Part shown: positions 8,562-20,645 of the stretch, piece after piece | Numbering within the stretch: the first letter of the stretch is position 1 | Layout of the letters: each line of letters opens with the position of its first letter | IMG/VR virus record: IMGVR_UViG_3300020442_003756 | Location: 2,400-66,399 of that record | Origin: a virus | DNA: 64,000 nt | Strand: one strand, 5' to 3' | Program-made: the position numbers and the translations under genes | Notes under the pieces: model-generated | Told to the model about the DNA's origin: nothing | What the model saw: only the letters and a program-made list of their open reading frames with translations | Databases searched by the model: none

Positions 8562-11500
8562 TTATTTATTATCAATATATTCTTTTAATTCTTTGATTGC
8601 TTGAATTAATACTGCAATTAATCTATCATATTTAACAGCTTTGTATCCATTTACTCTTGTTTCAACAATTTCTGGGAATATTTCTTCAACTTCTTGGGCA
8701 ATAACTCCAATATCTGCTCCTTCATTTTCATGTATTCCTGGTTTTGCAATCCAATCAAAATGTATACCACTTAATGCCATTATTTTATCTAAAGCATTTT
8801 CAATAATTTTTCTATTATCTTTTAATCTAATATCTGATGAATAATAAGCTGTAATATCATTAGTAGCTCTTATTGTTCCACCTGTACCACTTGCAGAAAC
8901 ACCAACACCTAAACTATTAATTTGTGTATCTGAACCAGTACTTACACCTGGTCCAGTTGGTCCTACGTTACCTTGAGCTCCAATTGATCCTTTATTACCT
9001 TGAGGACCTTGTGATCCTACTTCACCTTTTTGTCCTTTAGCACCAGTTGGTCCAACGTTACCCTGAGGTCCAACATTACCTTGAGCACCTATTGCACCTT
9101 TAGCACCTTGAGGTCCCACATTACCTTGAGCACCAATAGCACCTTTTGAACCTTGAGCACCAACATTACCTTGAGGTCCTACTGGTCCTATAGGTCCTAT
9201 TGAACCGATTGCACCTTTTGCACCTGTAGGTCCTACATTACCTTGAGGTCCTACATTACCTTGAGCACCAATATTACCCTGAGGTCCTGTTGTACCAGTT
9301 ATACCTTGAAGACCAGTATCACCTTTACCACCTTTAGCACCTTGAGCACCAACGTTACCTTGAGGTCCTACGTTACCTTGAGCACCTGGTGCACCTTTTT
9401 GTCCTTTAGGTCCTGTTGGTCCAACGTTACCTTGAGGTCCTACGTTACCTTGAGCACCTATTGCACCTTTAGCACCTTGAGGTCCAGTAGTACCTTGTGT
9501 ACCAACATTACCTTGAGGTCCTGTTGCTCCAATTGCACCTTTTGGTCCGGTAGGTCCTACATTACCTTGAGGTCCTGTATCACCTTGTGCACCAATTGCC
9601 CCTTTTGCACCTTGAGGTCCTACGTTACCTTGAGAACCAATTGCACCTTTTGCACCTTGTGCACCTGTTGTACCAGTAATACCTTGAGCACCAACGTTAC
9701 CTTGAGGTCCTGTTGCTCCAATTGCACCTTTTGAACCTTGAGCACCAACATTACCTTGAGGTCCTGTTGTACCAGTTATACCTTGAAGACCAGTATCACC
9801 TTTACCACCTTTTGCTCCTTGAGGTCCTACATTACCTTGAGCACCAATATTACCTTGAGGTCCCGTTGAACCAGTAGTACCTTGGATACCTTGAACACCC
9901 TGAGCTCCAATATTACCTTGAGGTCCTGTAGCTCCAATTGCACCTTTATCTCCTTGTGGTCCTACATTTCCTTGTGGACCAGTTGTACCAGTAATACCTT
10001 GTGCACCTGTTGCACCTTTATTACCTTGAGCTCCTACTTCTCCTTTTTGTCCTTTAGGTCCAGTTGGTCCTACAGGTCCTGTTGTACCTTGAATACCTTG
10101 AGCACCTGTTGCACCTTTATTACCTTGAGGCCCTGTTGTACCTTGTGTACCAGTAGTTCCTTGAGAACCAGTTGTTCCTTGAGCTCCTGTAGCACCTTTT
10201 TGTCCTTTTGAACCAGTAGTACCTTGAATACCCTGAGCACCAGTATCACCTTTATCACCAGTTGTAACAAAAGAACAAATTATATCTTCTGAATTACTAA
10301 ATGGTGAAGTAGCTGAACTTGCTTCATTTGTTATATTTAATGTCCACCAAGTTCCATTATCTGTTAGATCAGTAATTGCAAATGTTAAGAATTGTGTTGC
10401 ATCTGTTCTATTTGAAATTCTTATATGTCCCTTAACTGCTGAAGTAACACTATCAATTGTTGATAATGTAGAAGCAATACTTGTTCCATTATCATCAGTT
10501 TCATCAATGTATGAAAGTGTTGCAGAATTTTGAGTTGAATTATTTAATCTTATTTTTCCAGTTCCTGGGTCAGCAGATGATGTAGATGAATCAAATGTAA
10601 AATCAAATGAATTACCACCAAAGTTACCATCTGTACCTTGTATACCTTGTGTACCTTGGGTACCTTGTATTCCTTGTGTTCCTTGAACTCCCTGAGCACC
10701 TGTAGCACCTTTTTGTCCTTTTGAACCTGTTGTACCCTGAATACCTTGTGTACCCTGAATACCTTGTGTTCCTTGAATTCCTTGAGCTCCAGTAGCACCT
10801 TTTTGTCCTTTTTGTCCTTTTGTACCTGTTATACCTTGAATACCTTGTGTACCTTGTGTTCCTTGGATACCTTGAGTACCTTGAGTACCAGTATCACCTG
10901 TAGTTCCTTGGGCTCCTGTAGCACCTTTTTGTCCTTTTGTACCTGTAATACCTTGAGCACCTGTAGTACCTTGAGCACCTGTTATACCCTGTATACCTTG
11001 TATTCCTTGAGTACCTTGTGTTCCTTGAGAACCAGTATTACCTGTAGTACCTTGAATACCTTGAGCACCAACTTCTCCTTTTTGTCCTTTTGTACCTGTT
11101 ATACCCTGAGCTCCAGTTGCACCTTTTTGTCCTGTAGTACCTTGAGCTCCAGTTTCACCTTGTGTACCAGTTGTACCTTGGGCACCTGTTGCACCTTTTT
11201 GACCTGTTGTACCTTGAGCTCCAGTAATACCTTGAATACCTTGAATTCCTTGGGTTCCTTGAGTACCTTGTGTACCAGTTGTTCCTTGAGAACCAGTTGT
11301 ACCAGTTGTTCCTTGAATACCTTGTGAACCAGTTATACCTTGAGCACCAGTGTTACCTGTAGTTCCTTGAGCACCTGTAACTCCTTTTTGTCCTTTTTGT
11401 CCTTTTGTACCTGTTATACCTTGAATTCCTTGAGTACCTTGAATACCTTGAGTTCCTTGTATACCCTGAGTACCTTGTATACCCTGAGTACCTTGTGTAC

Positions 11501-14500
11501 CAGTAGTACCTTGAGCTCCTGTAATACCTTGAATACCCTGTATTCCTTGTATTCCTTGAGTACCTTGAGTTCCTTGTGTTCCCTGAGCTCCAATTTCTCC
11601 TTTTTGTCCTTTTTCTCCTGTCTCACCTTGAGCACCAGTTGCACCTTTTTGTCCTTTTGTACCTGTAATACCTTGTGTACCCTGTGTTCCTTGAGCACCT
11701 GTTATACCTTGAATACCTTGAATACCTTGAGCACCAGTAGTACCTTGAGTTCCAGTTGCTCCTTGTGCACCAGTATCACCTTTTTGTCCAGTTATACCTT
11801 GAGTACCTTGAGTACCAACTGCTCCTTTTTGTCCTTTTTGTCCAGTTTCACCTTGAGCTCCAGTTGTACCTTGTGAACCAGTTGTTCCTTGAGTACCCTG
11901 GATTCCTTGTGCCCCAGTTATACCTTGTATTCCTTGAGTTCCCTGAATACCTTGTGCACCTACTTCACCTTCAGCACCTTGTACTCCTAAAGGTCCTGTT
12001 GTACCTTGAATACCTTGAGTACCAGTTTCACCTTGAGTTCCAACCGCACCTTGTGCACCTGTTAAACCTGCTGTACCTTGAATTCCTTGTACACCCTGTA
12101 TACCCTGTATACCTTGAACACCTTGTGTTCCTTGAATACCTTGAGCCCCAGTTGTCCCTTGAGCACCAGTATCTCCTTTATCACCTGTACTTACAAATGA
12201 ACAAATAATATCTTCTGCATTACTAAAAGGAGATGTTGCAGAACCTGCTTCATTTGTTATGTTAAGAGTCCACCAACCAGTATTATCAGTTAAATCGGAA
12301 ATTGCAAATGTTAAGAATTGAGTTGCATCCGTTCTATTTGAGATTCTAATATGTCCTTTTACAGCTGATGTTACACTATCTATTGTTTGTAGTGTTGAAG
12401 CAATACTATTACCATCATCATCAGTTTGATCAATATAAGCAGCTGTAGCACTATTTTGTGTTGAATTATTTAATCTTATTTTTCCAGTACCAGGATCTGA
12501 AGCTCCTGTACCTGTATCAAAAGTATAATCAAATGAATTACCTCCAAAGTTACCATCAGTACCTTGAACACCTTGTGTTCCTTGAACACCTTGTGTTCCT
12601 TGTACTCCTTGTGTTCCCTGAATACCTTGAATTCCTTGAGTACCCTGTGTTCCTTGTATCCCTTGAATACCTTGAGCACCTAATTGTCCTAAAGTTCCTT
12701 GAATACCTTGTGTTCCTTGAACACCTTGTGCACCAGTTGTACCTTGTGTACCAGTTGTTCCTTGTGAACCAGTTGTTCCTTGTGTACCGGTTGTTCCTTG
12801 AGTACCTTGTGTACCAGTTATACCTTGTATACCTTGAATACCTTGAGTTCCTTGTGTTCCTGTAGCACCTTGAATTCCTTGAGTACCTTGTGTTCCAGTT
12901 TCTCCTTGAGTACCTGTTTCTCCTTGAGCACCAGTTACACCTACTTCTCCTTTTTGTCCTTTTGTACCTGTAATACCTTGAGTACCTTGTGTACCTTGAG
13001 TTCCAGTTATACCCTGTATGCCTTGTGTTCCTTGTGTTCCTTGTGTACCAGTTTCACCTTGAGTACCAGTTGAACCAGTAGTACCTTGAGTACCTTGAAT
13101 ACCTTGTGTACCAGTAGTACCCTGAGTTCCTGTTATACCTTGTATACCTTGTGTACCCTGTGTTCCTTGTATTCCTTGAGTTCCCTGAGTTCCTTGTGCT
13201 CCTGTTATACCCTGTATTCCTTGAGTACCTTGTGTACCTTGAATACCTTGAATACCTTGTACTCCCTGAGTGCCTTGTGTTCCTTGAATTCCTTGTGTGC
13301 CTTGTGTTCCTTGTGCACCAGTTATACCTTGTATACCTTGAGTACCTTGTGTTCCAGTTTCTCCTTGTGCCCCAGTAATACCTTGAATACCCTGAATACC
13401 TTGAGTTCCTGTTTGACCTTGAGCACCTGTAGCACCTTTTTGTCCAGTTGTACCTTGAATACCTTGAGCACCGGTTGTACCTTGAGTTCCAGTTGCTCCT
13501 TGTGCACCTGTTATACCTTGTATACCTTGTGTTCCTTGTGTACCTTGAGTTCCTTGAGAACCAATAGTACCCTGAATTCCTTGAATACCTTGTGTACCTT
13601 GAATACCTTGTGTTCCTTGAGTACCTTGAGTACCTTGAGCACCATCTGATAAAGTTTCAATATCAAGTTGACCACCCATTCCTGAGTGATTCTGGCAATA
13701 ATAATATAATGTATTTGGCGCATCTTGTGGTACTTTAAATGTAGAAATTAAATCAGTACCAGCTGTTCCGCCATTTGTACTCCAACCATCTGTATATTGA
13801 GATCCACCGTTATGAGTACCATCATTAGTTGTTGAAATAGCTATTGGGTGAGTACTGTTTGTTCCAGCTGATTGATCAAATGTATAAGTAAATCCTCTTA
13901 ATAATTCTAATGTTGGTTGTGATGATCCATCTATAATATAAACACCACCTCCTACTGTAACAATAAATGCATCAGTAATTGGTTCACTACCTGTTATACC
14001 TTGAACACCCTGTGTACCTTGAATTCCTTGTGTTCCTTGAGTACCTTGAGCTCCAGTTATACCTTGAATTCCTTGTGTACCTTGTGCACCTGTAATACCT
14101 TGGATACCTTGAGTTCCTTGAATTCCTTGTGTGCCCTGTGTTCCTTGTGCTCCTGTTATACCTTGTATACCTTGTATTCCTTGAGTACCTTGAGTACCAA
14201 TTTCTCCTTTTTGTCCTTTTGAACCTTGATCACCAGTATTACCTTGTGTACCTGTAGATCCTTGAGTACCAGTAGTACCTTGAGTACCAGTTGTTCCTTG
14301 AATACCTTGAGTTCCTTGAATACCCTGAACACCTTGTGTTCCTTGAGTACCTTGAGCTCCAGTTATACCTTGAATTCCTTGTGTACCTTGAGGACCTGTA
14401 GTTCCTTGATTACCTGTTGTACCTTGTATTCCTGTAGCACCTTGAGTACCTGTTATACCTTGTATACCTTGAATACCTTGTGCACCTGTTGTACCTTGTG

Positions 14501-16676
14501 TACCTTGAGCACCAGTATCTCCTTTGTCTCCAACTGCAACAAAAGAACAAATTATATCTTCAGCATTTGAAAATGGTGAAGCAGCTGAACTTGCTTCATT
14601 AGAAATATCTAAAGTCCACCAAGAACCATTATCTGTTAAATCTGTTATAGCAAATGTTAAGAATTGGGTGGCATCAGTTCTATTAGAAATTCTAATATGT
14701 CCTTTAATTGCGGAAGTTACTGAATCTAAAGTTTGTAAAGTTGATTCAATACTTGCTCCACCTCCATCATTTTGAGAAATATAAGCAGCTGTAGAGCTAT
14801 TTTGTGTTGAATTATTTAATCTTATATCACCTGAACCTGGGTCTGCTGCACTTGTAGAAGAATCAAATGAATAATCAAAAGAGTTACCTCCAAAATTACC
14901 ATCTGTACCTTGAATACCTTGAGTACCTTGTGTACCAGTTTCTCCTTGTGCCCCAGTAATACCTTGTATTCCTTGAGTACCTTGTGTTCCTGTTGTTCCT
15001 TGAATACCCTGAGCTCCAGTTGTTCCTTGTGTTCCAGTTGTTCCTTGTGCACCAGTAATACCTTGAATACCTTGAGTTCCTTGAGTTCCTGTTTCACCTT
15101 GAGTTCCATCTGTACCTTGTGTACCAGTATTACCTTGTGTACCAGTAGCACCTTGCGTTCCAGTTGTTCCCTGAGAACCAGTAATACCTTGAGCTCCAGT
15201 TGCTCCTTGAGTTCCTAACTCACCTTTTTGTCCTTTTACACCATCAGTAGAAGAACCAGAAATACCTTGAATACCTTGTATTCCTTGTGTACCTGTTGTA
15301 CCCTGAATACCTTGAGTACCTGTTGTACCTTGTGTTCCAGCTCCTGTTATACCTTGAATACCTTGAGTACCCTGAGTTCCAGTTTCTCCTTGAGCACCTT
15401 TTGATCCAGTAATACCTTGAATACCTTGAATACCTTGTGTTCCTTGAATACCTTGAATACCTTGGTTACCTGTTTCACCCTGTGCACCAGTTGTACCTTG
15501 AATACCTTGAGTTCCCTGAATACCTTGAGTTCCTTGAATACCTTGTGTACCTTGAGTTCCTTGAGCACCTGTAATACCCTGAATACCTTGAATACCTTGA
15601 ATACCTTGTGTACCAGTTGTACCTTGTGTTCCTGTTTCACCTTGTGTACCAGTTGTACCTTGTGTTCCTGTTTCACCTTGTACCCCAGTATCTCCTTTTT
15701 GACCAGTTGCTCCTTGTGAACCTGTTATACCCTGAGTACCTTGAGCTCCTGTTATACCTTGTATACCTTGTATACCTTGAATTCCTTGTGTGCCCTGTGT
15801 ACCTTGTGTTCCTTGTGCTCCAGTTATACCTTGTATACCCTGAGTTCCGGTTTCACCTTGAGCACCTACTTCTCCTTTTTGACCTTTTGTACCAGTAATA
15901 CCTTGAGTACCTTGTACACCTTGAGTACCCTGAGTACCAGTAACACCTTGAATACCTTGTATACCTTGGGTACCTTGAGTACCTTGTGTTCCTTGTGTAC
16001 CAGTAGCTCCCTGTGTACCAGTTGCACCTTGTGTTCCAGTTATACCTTGAATACCTTGTATACCTTGTATACCTTGAGCACCTTGATCACCTTCAGCTCC
16101 TTTTTGTCCTTTTGTACCTGTTATACCTTGAGCACCTTGAGTTCCAGTTTCTCCTTGAGCACCCTTTTCTCCTTTTTGACCTTTTTCACCTGTTTCACCT
16201 TGTATACCCTGTATACCTTGGGTACCTTGAGTACCTTGTGTTCCTTGTGTACCAGTCTCACCTTGTGTACCTGTTGTTCCTTGGGTACCTTGAGTTCCAG
16301 TTGCACCTTGTGCACCAGTAATACCTTGAATTCCCTGAATACCTTGTGTGCCTTGAGTACCTTGAGTACCTTGAGCACCTGTAATACCTTGACTACCAAT
16401 TGGACCAGTTTCACCTTGAGTACCTGTTGTACCAGTTGCTCCTTGAGCACCTTTTGCACCTTTTTGACCAGTAGTACCTTGGGCACCTGTTGTACCTTGA
16501 GAACCTACACCTGAGGCAAATGATAAGTTACCGGATCCATCTGTTTTTATTACTTGGTCTGCTGAACCATCTGAGGTTGGATAGATAAGTCCACTAGCGG
16601 TAAGTGCTGTGGATACATTTAATTTGTTTAATTCTGCGTTAGAACCACTAACGACAACTTTTTTCCAATTGGGCAT
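8562..16676 (-). CDS. Giant collagen-like tail/fibre protein with C-terminal S74 intramolecular chaperone
   Basis: Long Gly-X-Y tracts, four globular interruptions, C-terminal [28 protein letters not shown]. Confidence 0.92.
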   Translation of the reverse strand: MPNWKKVVVSGSNAELNKLNVSTALTASGLIYPTSDGSADQVIKTDGSGNLSFASGVGSQGTTGAQGTTGQKGAKGAQGATGTTGTQGETGPIGSQGITGAQGTQGTQGTQGIQGIQGITGAQGATGTQGTQGTTGTQGETGTQGTQGTQGTQGIQGIQGETGEKGQKGEKGAQGETGTQGAQGITGTKGQKGAEGDQGAQGIQGIQGIQGITGTQGATGTQGATGTQGTQGTQGTQGIQGIQGVTGTQGTQGVQGTQGITGTKGQKGEVGAQGETGTQGIQGITGAQGTQGTQGTQGIQGIQGIQGITGAQGTQGITGSQGATGQKGDTGVQGETGTQGTTGTQGETGTQGTTGTQGIQGIQGIQGITGAQGTQGTQGIQGTQGIQGTQGIQGTTGAQGETGNQGIQGIQGTQGIQGIQGITGSKGAQGETGTQGTQGIQGITGAGTQGTTGTQGIQGTTGTQGIQGIQGISGSSTDGVKGQKGELGTQGATGAQGITGSQGTTGTQGATGTQGNTGTQGTDGTQGETGTQGTQGIQGITGAQGTTGTQGTTGAQGIQGTTGTQGTQGIQGITGAQGETGTQGTQGIQGTDGNFGGNSFDYSFDSSTSAADPGSGDIRLNNSTQNSSTAAYISQNDGGGASIESTLQTLDSVTSAIKGHIRISNRTDATQFLTFAITDLTDNGSWWTLDISNEASSAASPFSNAEDIICSFVAVGDKGDTGAQGTQGTTGAQGIQGIQGITGTQGATGIQGTTGNQGTTGPQGTQGIQGITGAQGTQGTQGVQGIQGTQGIQGTTGTQGTTGTQGSTGTQGNTGDQGSKGQKGEIGTQGTQGIQGIQGITGAQGTQGTQGIQGTQGIQGITGAQGTQGIQGITGAQGTQGTQGIQGTQGVQGITGSEPITDAFIVTVGGGVYIIDGSSQPTLELLRGFTYTFDQSAGTNSTHPIAISTTNDGTHNGGSQYTDGWSTNGGTAGTDLISTFKVPQDAPNTLYYYCQNHSGMGGQLDIETLSDGAQGTQGTQGTQGIQGTQGIQGIQGTIGSQGTQGTQGTQGIQGITGAQGATGTQGTTGAQGIQGTTGQKGATGAQGQTGTQGIQGIQGITGAQGETGTQGTQGIQGITGAQGTQGTQGIQGTQGTQGVQGIQGIQGTQGTQGIQGITGAQGTQGTQGIQGTQGTQGIQGITGTQGTTGTQGIQGTQGTTGSTGTQGETGTQGTQGTQGIQGITGTQGTQGTQGITGTKGQKGEVGVTGAQGETGTQGETGTQGTQGIQGATGTQGTQGIQGIQGITGTQGTQGTTGTQGTTGSQGTTGTQGTTGAQGVQGTQGIQGTLGQLGAQGIQGIQGTQGTQGIQGIQGTQGVQGTQGVQGTQGVQGTDGNFGGNSFDYTFDTGTGASDPGTGKIRLNNSTQNSATAAYIDQTDDDGNSIASTLQTIDSVTSAVKGHIRISNRTDATQFLTFAISDLTDNTGWWTLNITNEAGSATSPFSNAEDIICSFVSTGDKGDTGAQGTTGAQGIQGTQGVQGIQGIQGVQGIQGTAGLTGAQGAVGTQGETGTQGIQGTTGPLGVQGAEGEVGAQGIQGTQGIQGITGAQGIQGTQGTTGSQGTTGAQGETGQKGQKGAVGTQGTQGITGQKGDTGAQGATGTQGTTGAQGIQGIQGITGAQGTQGTQGITGTKGQKGATGAQGETGEKGQKGEIGAQGTQGTQGTQGIQGIQGIQGITGAQGTTGTQGTQGIQGTQGIQGTQGIQGTQGIQGITGTKGQKGQKGVTGAQGTTGNTGAQGITGSQGIQGTTGTTGSQGTTGTQGTQGTQGIQGIQGITGAQGTTGQKGATGAQGTTGTQGETGAQGTTGQKGATGAQGITGTKGQKGEVGAQGIQGTTGNTGSQGTQGTQGIQGIQGITGAQGTTGAQGITGTKGQKGATGAQGTTGDTGTQGTQGIQGTQGTQGIQGITGTKGQKGQKGATGAQGIQGTQGIQGTQGIQGTTGSKGQKGATGAQGVQGTQGIQGTQGTQGIQGTDGNFGGNSFDFTFDSSTSSADPGTGKIRLNNSTQNSATLSYIDETDDNGTSIASTLSTIDSVTSAVKGHIRISNRTDATQFLTFAITDLTDNGTWWTLNITNEASSATSPFSNSEDIICSFVTTGDKGDTGAQGIQGTTGSKGQKGATGAQGTTGSQGTTGTQGTTGPQGNKGATGAQGIQGTTGPVGPTGPKGQKGEVGAQGNKGATGAQGITGTTGPQGNVGPQGDKGAIGATGPQGNIGAQGVQGIQGTTGSTGPQGNIGAQGNVGPQGAKGGKGDTGLQGITGTTGPQGNVGAQGSKGAIGATGPQGNVGAQGITGTTGAQGAKGAIGSQGNVGPQGAKGAIGAQGDTGPQGNVGPTGPKGAIGATGPQGNVGTQGTTGPQGAKGAIGAQGNVGPQGNVGPTGPKGQKGAPGAQGNVGPQGNVGAQGAKGGKGDTGLQGITGTTGPQGNIGAQGNVGPQGNVGPTGAKGAIGSIGPIGPVGPQGNVGAQGSKGAIGAQGNVGPQGAKGAIGAQGNVGPQGNVGPTGAKGQKGEVGSQGPQGNKGSIGAQGNVGPTGPGVSTGSDTQINSLGVGVSASGTGGTIRATNDITAYYSSDIRLKDNRKIIENALDKIMALSGIHFDWIAKPGIHENEGADIGVIAQEVEEIFPEIVETRVNGYKAVKYDRLIAVLIQAIKELKEYIDNK
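8945..16500 (-). repeat. Collagen Gly-X-Y coding repeat tracts (9-nt periodicity, CCTTG-rich on + strand)
   Basis: Directly visible repeated acc/ttg codon pattern. Confidence 0.95.
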
Positions 16677-16689
16677 ATATCTAAATTAA

Positions 16690-16735
16690 TTATGGTTGGT
16701 AACTCAAAATGAGCCCACTTCCGTTAGGCCTATAA
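16690..16735 (-). promoter_or_regulatory. Candidate structured 5' leader RNA of the giant fibre gene
   Basis: GC-rich island with nested complementarity: UUAU(A)GG/CCAUAA, CC-UAAC-GG, GCUC-AUUUU-GAGU. Confidence 0.45.
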
Positions 16736-16745
16736 TTTATTTTGT

Positions 16746-16754
16746 TATAAATAT
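16746..16754 (-). promoter_or_regulatory. Putative late promoter ATATTTATA
   Basis: Motif recurs in intergenic gaps upstream of structural genes. Confidence 0.65.
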
Positions 16755-16772
16755 ATAAGATGGAATTAAATA

Positions 16773-19700
16773 TTACTTTTTATCCCTAAGATTGTTGATT
16801 TGTTTTTGTTGTTCTTTAATCGCTTCAATTAATAAAGGAACTATTTTGTCATAGTTAACAGCTTTATATCCATTTTCTCTAGTTTGAACAACTTCTGGTA
16901 ATACTTCTTCAATTTCTTGTGCTATAACACCAATATCAGATCCTTTATTTCCATGAATATATTTAATACCTTCTTCATCTAATTTTTTCCAATCAAAGTT
17001 AACACCACTTATTTGAAGAACTTTTTCAATTGGATTATCAATTGGTAAAATATTTTCTTTTAATCTTTTATCTGAAGTAGAGTAAGCAACAATATCATTA
17101 GTAGCTTCAATTTTACCTATTGTTGTAGTAGCAGTAATATTTCCAACAGTAAGACCATTACTTACAGTTAAAGAACCACTTACTTCTAAAGCTTGAGAAG
17201 GAGAACTATCATGAATACCAATATAACCAGAACTTCCATCTACAAAGAATGCGTGTGTTGGTGTTGTACCAGTATCTGATTCAACCCTAAAATCAACATT
17301 TACACTATTATCATTAATAATAACTTCTCCTAATCCTGGTGTTGAACCTGGATTAAGAGCAGAAAATAATCTTCTTGTTCCTACTACTACATCAAATCTA
17401 TCAACAGTACCAACTCTTGAAGCACTAATATTAGTATCACTATCAGGTCCAAATACTATACTTGTTTCATTTGCTGATAATTTTAATTGATCACTATCCT
17501 CATGCCATTTAATATCGGAAGAACCAGTTATACCACCATTACCACCTAATATTGCAAAAGCTCTATTAGCATCATTAGTAATATCAGCAGCAGCTCCTTT
17601 TTGTCCTTTAGTACCAGTAATACCTTGAGCACCATTTGAACCATTAGATCCATTTTTAACATATTGAACAAGTACATCTTCACTATTAGAAAAAGTACCA
17701 TTTTGTTCTACGTCTGCAGAACTAACATCTAGTAAAGCTCTTGTACCATTAACTGTATTAATAGTATAAGAAGCAACAGTAATTATATCACCAGCTGTTG
17801 TTCCATAAATTATAAATTGAGAATTTTTAGAAAATAAATTATTATGAGTAGCACCATCTGCATCTTCTAAAGCAATTGAAATTTGTGTTGAACTACCTAT
17901 AGTTGAATTATTAAATCTAATTTGTCCAGCTGCACCCGCCATATCAGTACTAGTACTATAAGTATAATTTAATCCTGCTGTAGCACCTTTTTGACCAGTT
18001 ATACCTTGAGCTCCAGTAATTCCTTGTGCACCCGTTATACCTTGAGTACCTGTTATACCTTGAGCACCCGTAATACCTTGTACACCTTGTATACCTGTTA
18101 TACCTTGTGCACCCGTTATACCTTGAGCTCCAGTAATACCTTGAGTACCTGTTATACCTTGAGCACCCGTAATACCTTGTGCACCTGTTATACCTTGTGC
18201 ACCTGTTATACCTTGAGCTCCAGTAATACCTTGGGCTCCAGTAATACCCTGTGCACCTGTTATACCTTGAGCTCCAGTAATTCCTTGTGCACCCGTTATA
18301 CCTTGTGCACCTGTTATACCTTGTGTACCTTGAGAACCTGTAATACCTTGTACACCTTGTATACCTGTTATACCTTGTGCACCCGTTATACCTTGAGCTC
18401 CTGTTTCTCCTGTTATACCTTGAATACCTTGAATACCTTGAGTACCTGTTATACCTTGAATACCTTGTGTACCCTGTGTTCCTTGAGTACCCGTTATACC
18501 TTGGATACCTTGTACGCCTTGAGCTCCAGTAATACCTTGAGCACCTTGAGCACCAGTATCACCTTTATCACCTGTAGTAACAAATGAACATATAATATCT
18601 TCTGAATTACTAAATGGTGAATCTGATGAATAAGCTTCTTGTGAAATATCTATTGTCCACCAACCCGTATTATCAGTTAAATCACTAATAGCAAATAAAA
18701 TAAATTGAGAAGCATCAGTAATATTAGATAACCTAACATGTCCTTTAACGGCTGAACCAACTGAATCTATTGATTGCATGAATGATGAAATATCATTTCC
18801 ATTATCATCAGTATCATCAATATACATTGCGGTAGCACCTTTTTGTCCAGCTGCTGCACCTGAAAGTGAATTTAATCTAACTTTTCCAGTACCTGGATCT
18901 GCTGGTGAAGCCGAAGAACCATCAAAAGTATAATCAAATGTAGCACCCCCAAAATTACCATCAGTACCTTGAGCACCTGTTGTACCTTGGGTACCTGTGG
19001 TACCTTGAGGACCAACAGTACCAACTCCTGTTGTACCTTGAATACCTTGAGAACCTAAAATACCTTGAATACCTTGAATACCTTGGGCACCAGTTGTTCC
19101 TTGTGTTCCTTCACCTATTTCACCTTTTTGTCCTTTTTCTCCAGTTGCGCCTTGAGCACCGGTAGCACCTTTTTGTCCTTTGGTTCCAGTAATACCTTGA
19201 GTACCTTGGGCACCAACTTCACCTTTTTGTCCTTTTTCTCCTTTTTCTCCTGTTTCACCTTGAGCACCAGTAATACCTTGAATACCTTGAACACCTTGTG
19301 CACCAACTTCTCCTTTAGCACCTTTTGAACCTTTTTGACCAGTTATACCTTGAATACCTTGAGCACCAGTTGCACCTTTTTCACCTGTTATACCTTGTAT
19401 CCCTTGAGCACCTGTTGCACCTTGTGCACCAGTTTCACCTTTTTGTCCTTTTTGTCCTTTTTGACCTGTTATACCTTGAATACCTTGAATTCCTTGTACA
19501 CCTTGTGCACCTGTAGTTCCTTGAATACCCTGAATACCTTGAGTACCTTGTGCTCCAATTTCTCCTTTTTGTCCTTTTTCTCCTGTTTCACCTTGTGTAC
19601 CAGTAGCACCTTGTGTACCTGTTTCACCTTGAGCACCCTTTTGTCCTGTAATACCCTGAATACCTTGAGTTCCAGTTGCTCCTTGAGTACCTGTTGCTCC

Positions 19701-20570
19701 TTGAGATCCTGTTATACCTTGAATGCCCTGAGCACCTGTAGTACCTTGAGCACCTTTTGCACCTTCTATTCCTTGTGCACCTGTTATACCTGTAATACCT
19801 TGTGGACCTGTAGCTCCTGTTATACCTTGAACACCTTGAGCTCCTTGTGTACCCGTTGCTCCTTTAGCCCCACTTGAACCAGTAGTACCTTGAATACCCT
19901 GAGGACCTACATTACCTAAATTACCTTGAGGTCCTGTAGCACCTTGTGCACCTGTATTACCAGTTGTTCCTTGTATACCTTGAGCACCTGTAGTACCTTG
20001 GGTACCAGTTTCACCCTGAGTACCAGTAGCACCTTGAGTACCAGTTGTACCTTGTGTACCAAAAGTACCTTGAATACCTTGAGCACCAGTTGTTCCTTGA
20101 ATTCCTTGTTGTCCTGTAGCTCCTTGAGTACCTGTTGTACCCTGTGTACCTGTAGGACCAGTTGTACCACTAATACCTTGAGTACCTGTTGCACCTTGAG
20201 CACCTGTACTACCTTGAATACCTTGAGCTCCAGTTATACCTTGTGTTCCTTGAATACCTTGAGCACCAGTAGCTCCTTGAGCACCAATAGAAGAATCATA
20301 ATATAAAACACCAGAACCTGTATCAGCTACTAAAACTTGTAATGCATTTGAAGCGGAAGGATTTGATTGAACATTTTCAATTTTAAATTTATCTGCAGAA
20401 GTAGCTAAGTGAAAAGTAGATGAACCAGAAACTGCTAAAGAACCTGAAATGCCAATTTCATATCCAACTGTAGAACTAGGGTTAAATGCATCAAATGATT
20501 GGGATACCTGTAACGCTTCAATAGTTTGTCCCGTTTCTACACCAGTTTTTATTATCTTTTTAAGAGCCAT
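16773..20570 (-). CDS. Collagen-like tail/fibre protein 2 with C-terminal S74 chaperone
   Basis: Gly-X-Y tracts, VDFRVESD beta segment, SDKRLKEN..FDW..GVIAQEIE..Y.KIVPLLIEAIKEQ. Confidence 0.92.
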   Translation of the reverse strand: MALKKIIKTGVETGQTIEALQVSQSFDAFNPSSTVGYEIGISGSLAVSGSSTFHLATSADKFKIENVQSNPSASNALQVLVADTGSGVLYYDSSIGAQGATGAQGIQGTQGITGAQGIQGSTGAQGATGTQGISGTTGPTGTQGTTGTQGATGQQGIQGTTGAQGIQGTFGTQGTTGTQGATGTQGETGTQGTTGAQGIQGTTGNTGAQGATGPQGNLGNVGPQGIQGTTGSSGAKGATGTQGAQGVQGITGATGPQGITGITGAQGIEGAKGAQGTTGAQGIQGITGSQGATGTQGATGTQGIQGITGQKGAQGETGTQGATGTQGETGEKGQKGEIGAQGTQGIQGIQGTTGAQGVQGIQGIQGITGQKGQKGQKGETGAQGATGAQGIQGITGEKGATGAQGIQGITGQKGSKGAKGEVGAQGVQGIQGITGAQGETGEKGEKGQKGEVGAQGTQGITGTKGQKGATGAQGATGEKGQKGEIGEGTQGTTGAQGIQGIQGILGSQGIQGTTGVGTVGPQGTTGTQGTTGAQGTDGNFGGATFDYTFDGSSASPADPGTGKVRLNSLSGAAAGQKGATAMYIDDTDDNGNDISSFMQSIDSVGSAVKGHVRLSNITDASQFILFAISDLTDNTGWWTIDISQEAYSSDSPFSNSEDIICSFVTTGDKGDTGAQGAQGITGAQGVQGIQGITGTQGTQGTQGIQGITGTQGIQGIQGITGETGAQGITGAQGITGIQGVQGITGSQGTQGITGAQGITGAQGITGAQGITGAQGITGAQGITGAQGITGAQGITGAQGITGAQGITGTQGITGAQGITGAQGITGIQGVQGITGAQGITGTQGITGAQGITGAQGITGQKGATAGLNYTYSTSTDMAGAAGQIRFNNSTIGSSTQISIALEDADGATHNNLFSKNSQFIIYGTTAGDIITVASYTINTVNGTRALLDVSSADVEQNGTFSNSEDVLVQYVKNGSNGSNGAQGITGTKGQKGAAADITNDANRAFAILGGNGGITGSSDIKWHEDSDQLKLSANETSIVFGPDSDTNISASRVGTVDRFDVVVGTRRLFSALNPGSTPGLGEVIINDNSVNVDFRVESDTGTTPTHAFFVDGSSGYIGIHDSSPSQALEVSGSLTVSNGLTVGNITATTTIGKIEATNDIVAYSTSDKRLKENILPIDNPIEKVLQISGVNFDWKKLDEEGIKYIHGNKGSDIGVIAQEIEEVLPEVVQTRENGYKAVNYDKIVPLLIEAIKEQQKQINNLRDKK
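17995..18420 (-). repeat. Near-perfect (GIT-GAQ)n hexapeptide tandem repeat
   Basis: GITGAQ repeated many times in the translation. Confidence 0.9.
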
Positions 20571-20595
20571 TAGGTAGAATTATATTTTTATTTAT

Positions 20596-20605
20596 TATAA
20601 ATATT
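20596..20605 (-). promoter_or_regulatory. Putative late promoter AATATTTATA
   Basis: Recurrent motif about 25 nt upstream of ATG. Confidence 0.7.
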
Positions 20606-20645
20606 AAACAGAGAAGAATAAGTGTAACCCATTAAAGAAAATAAT

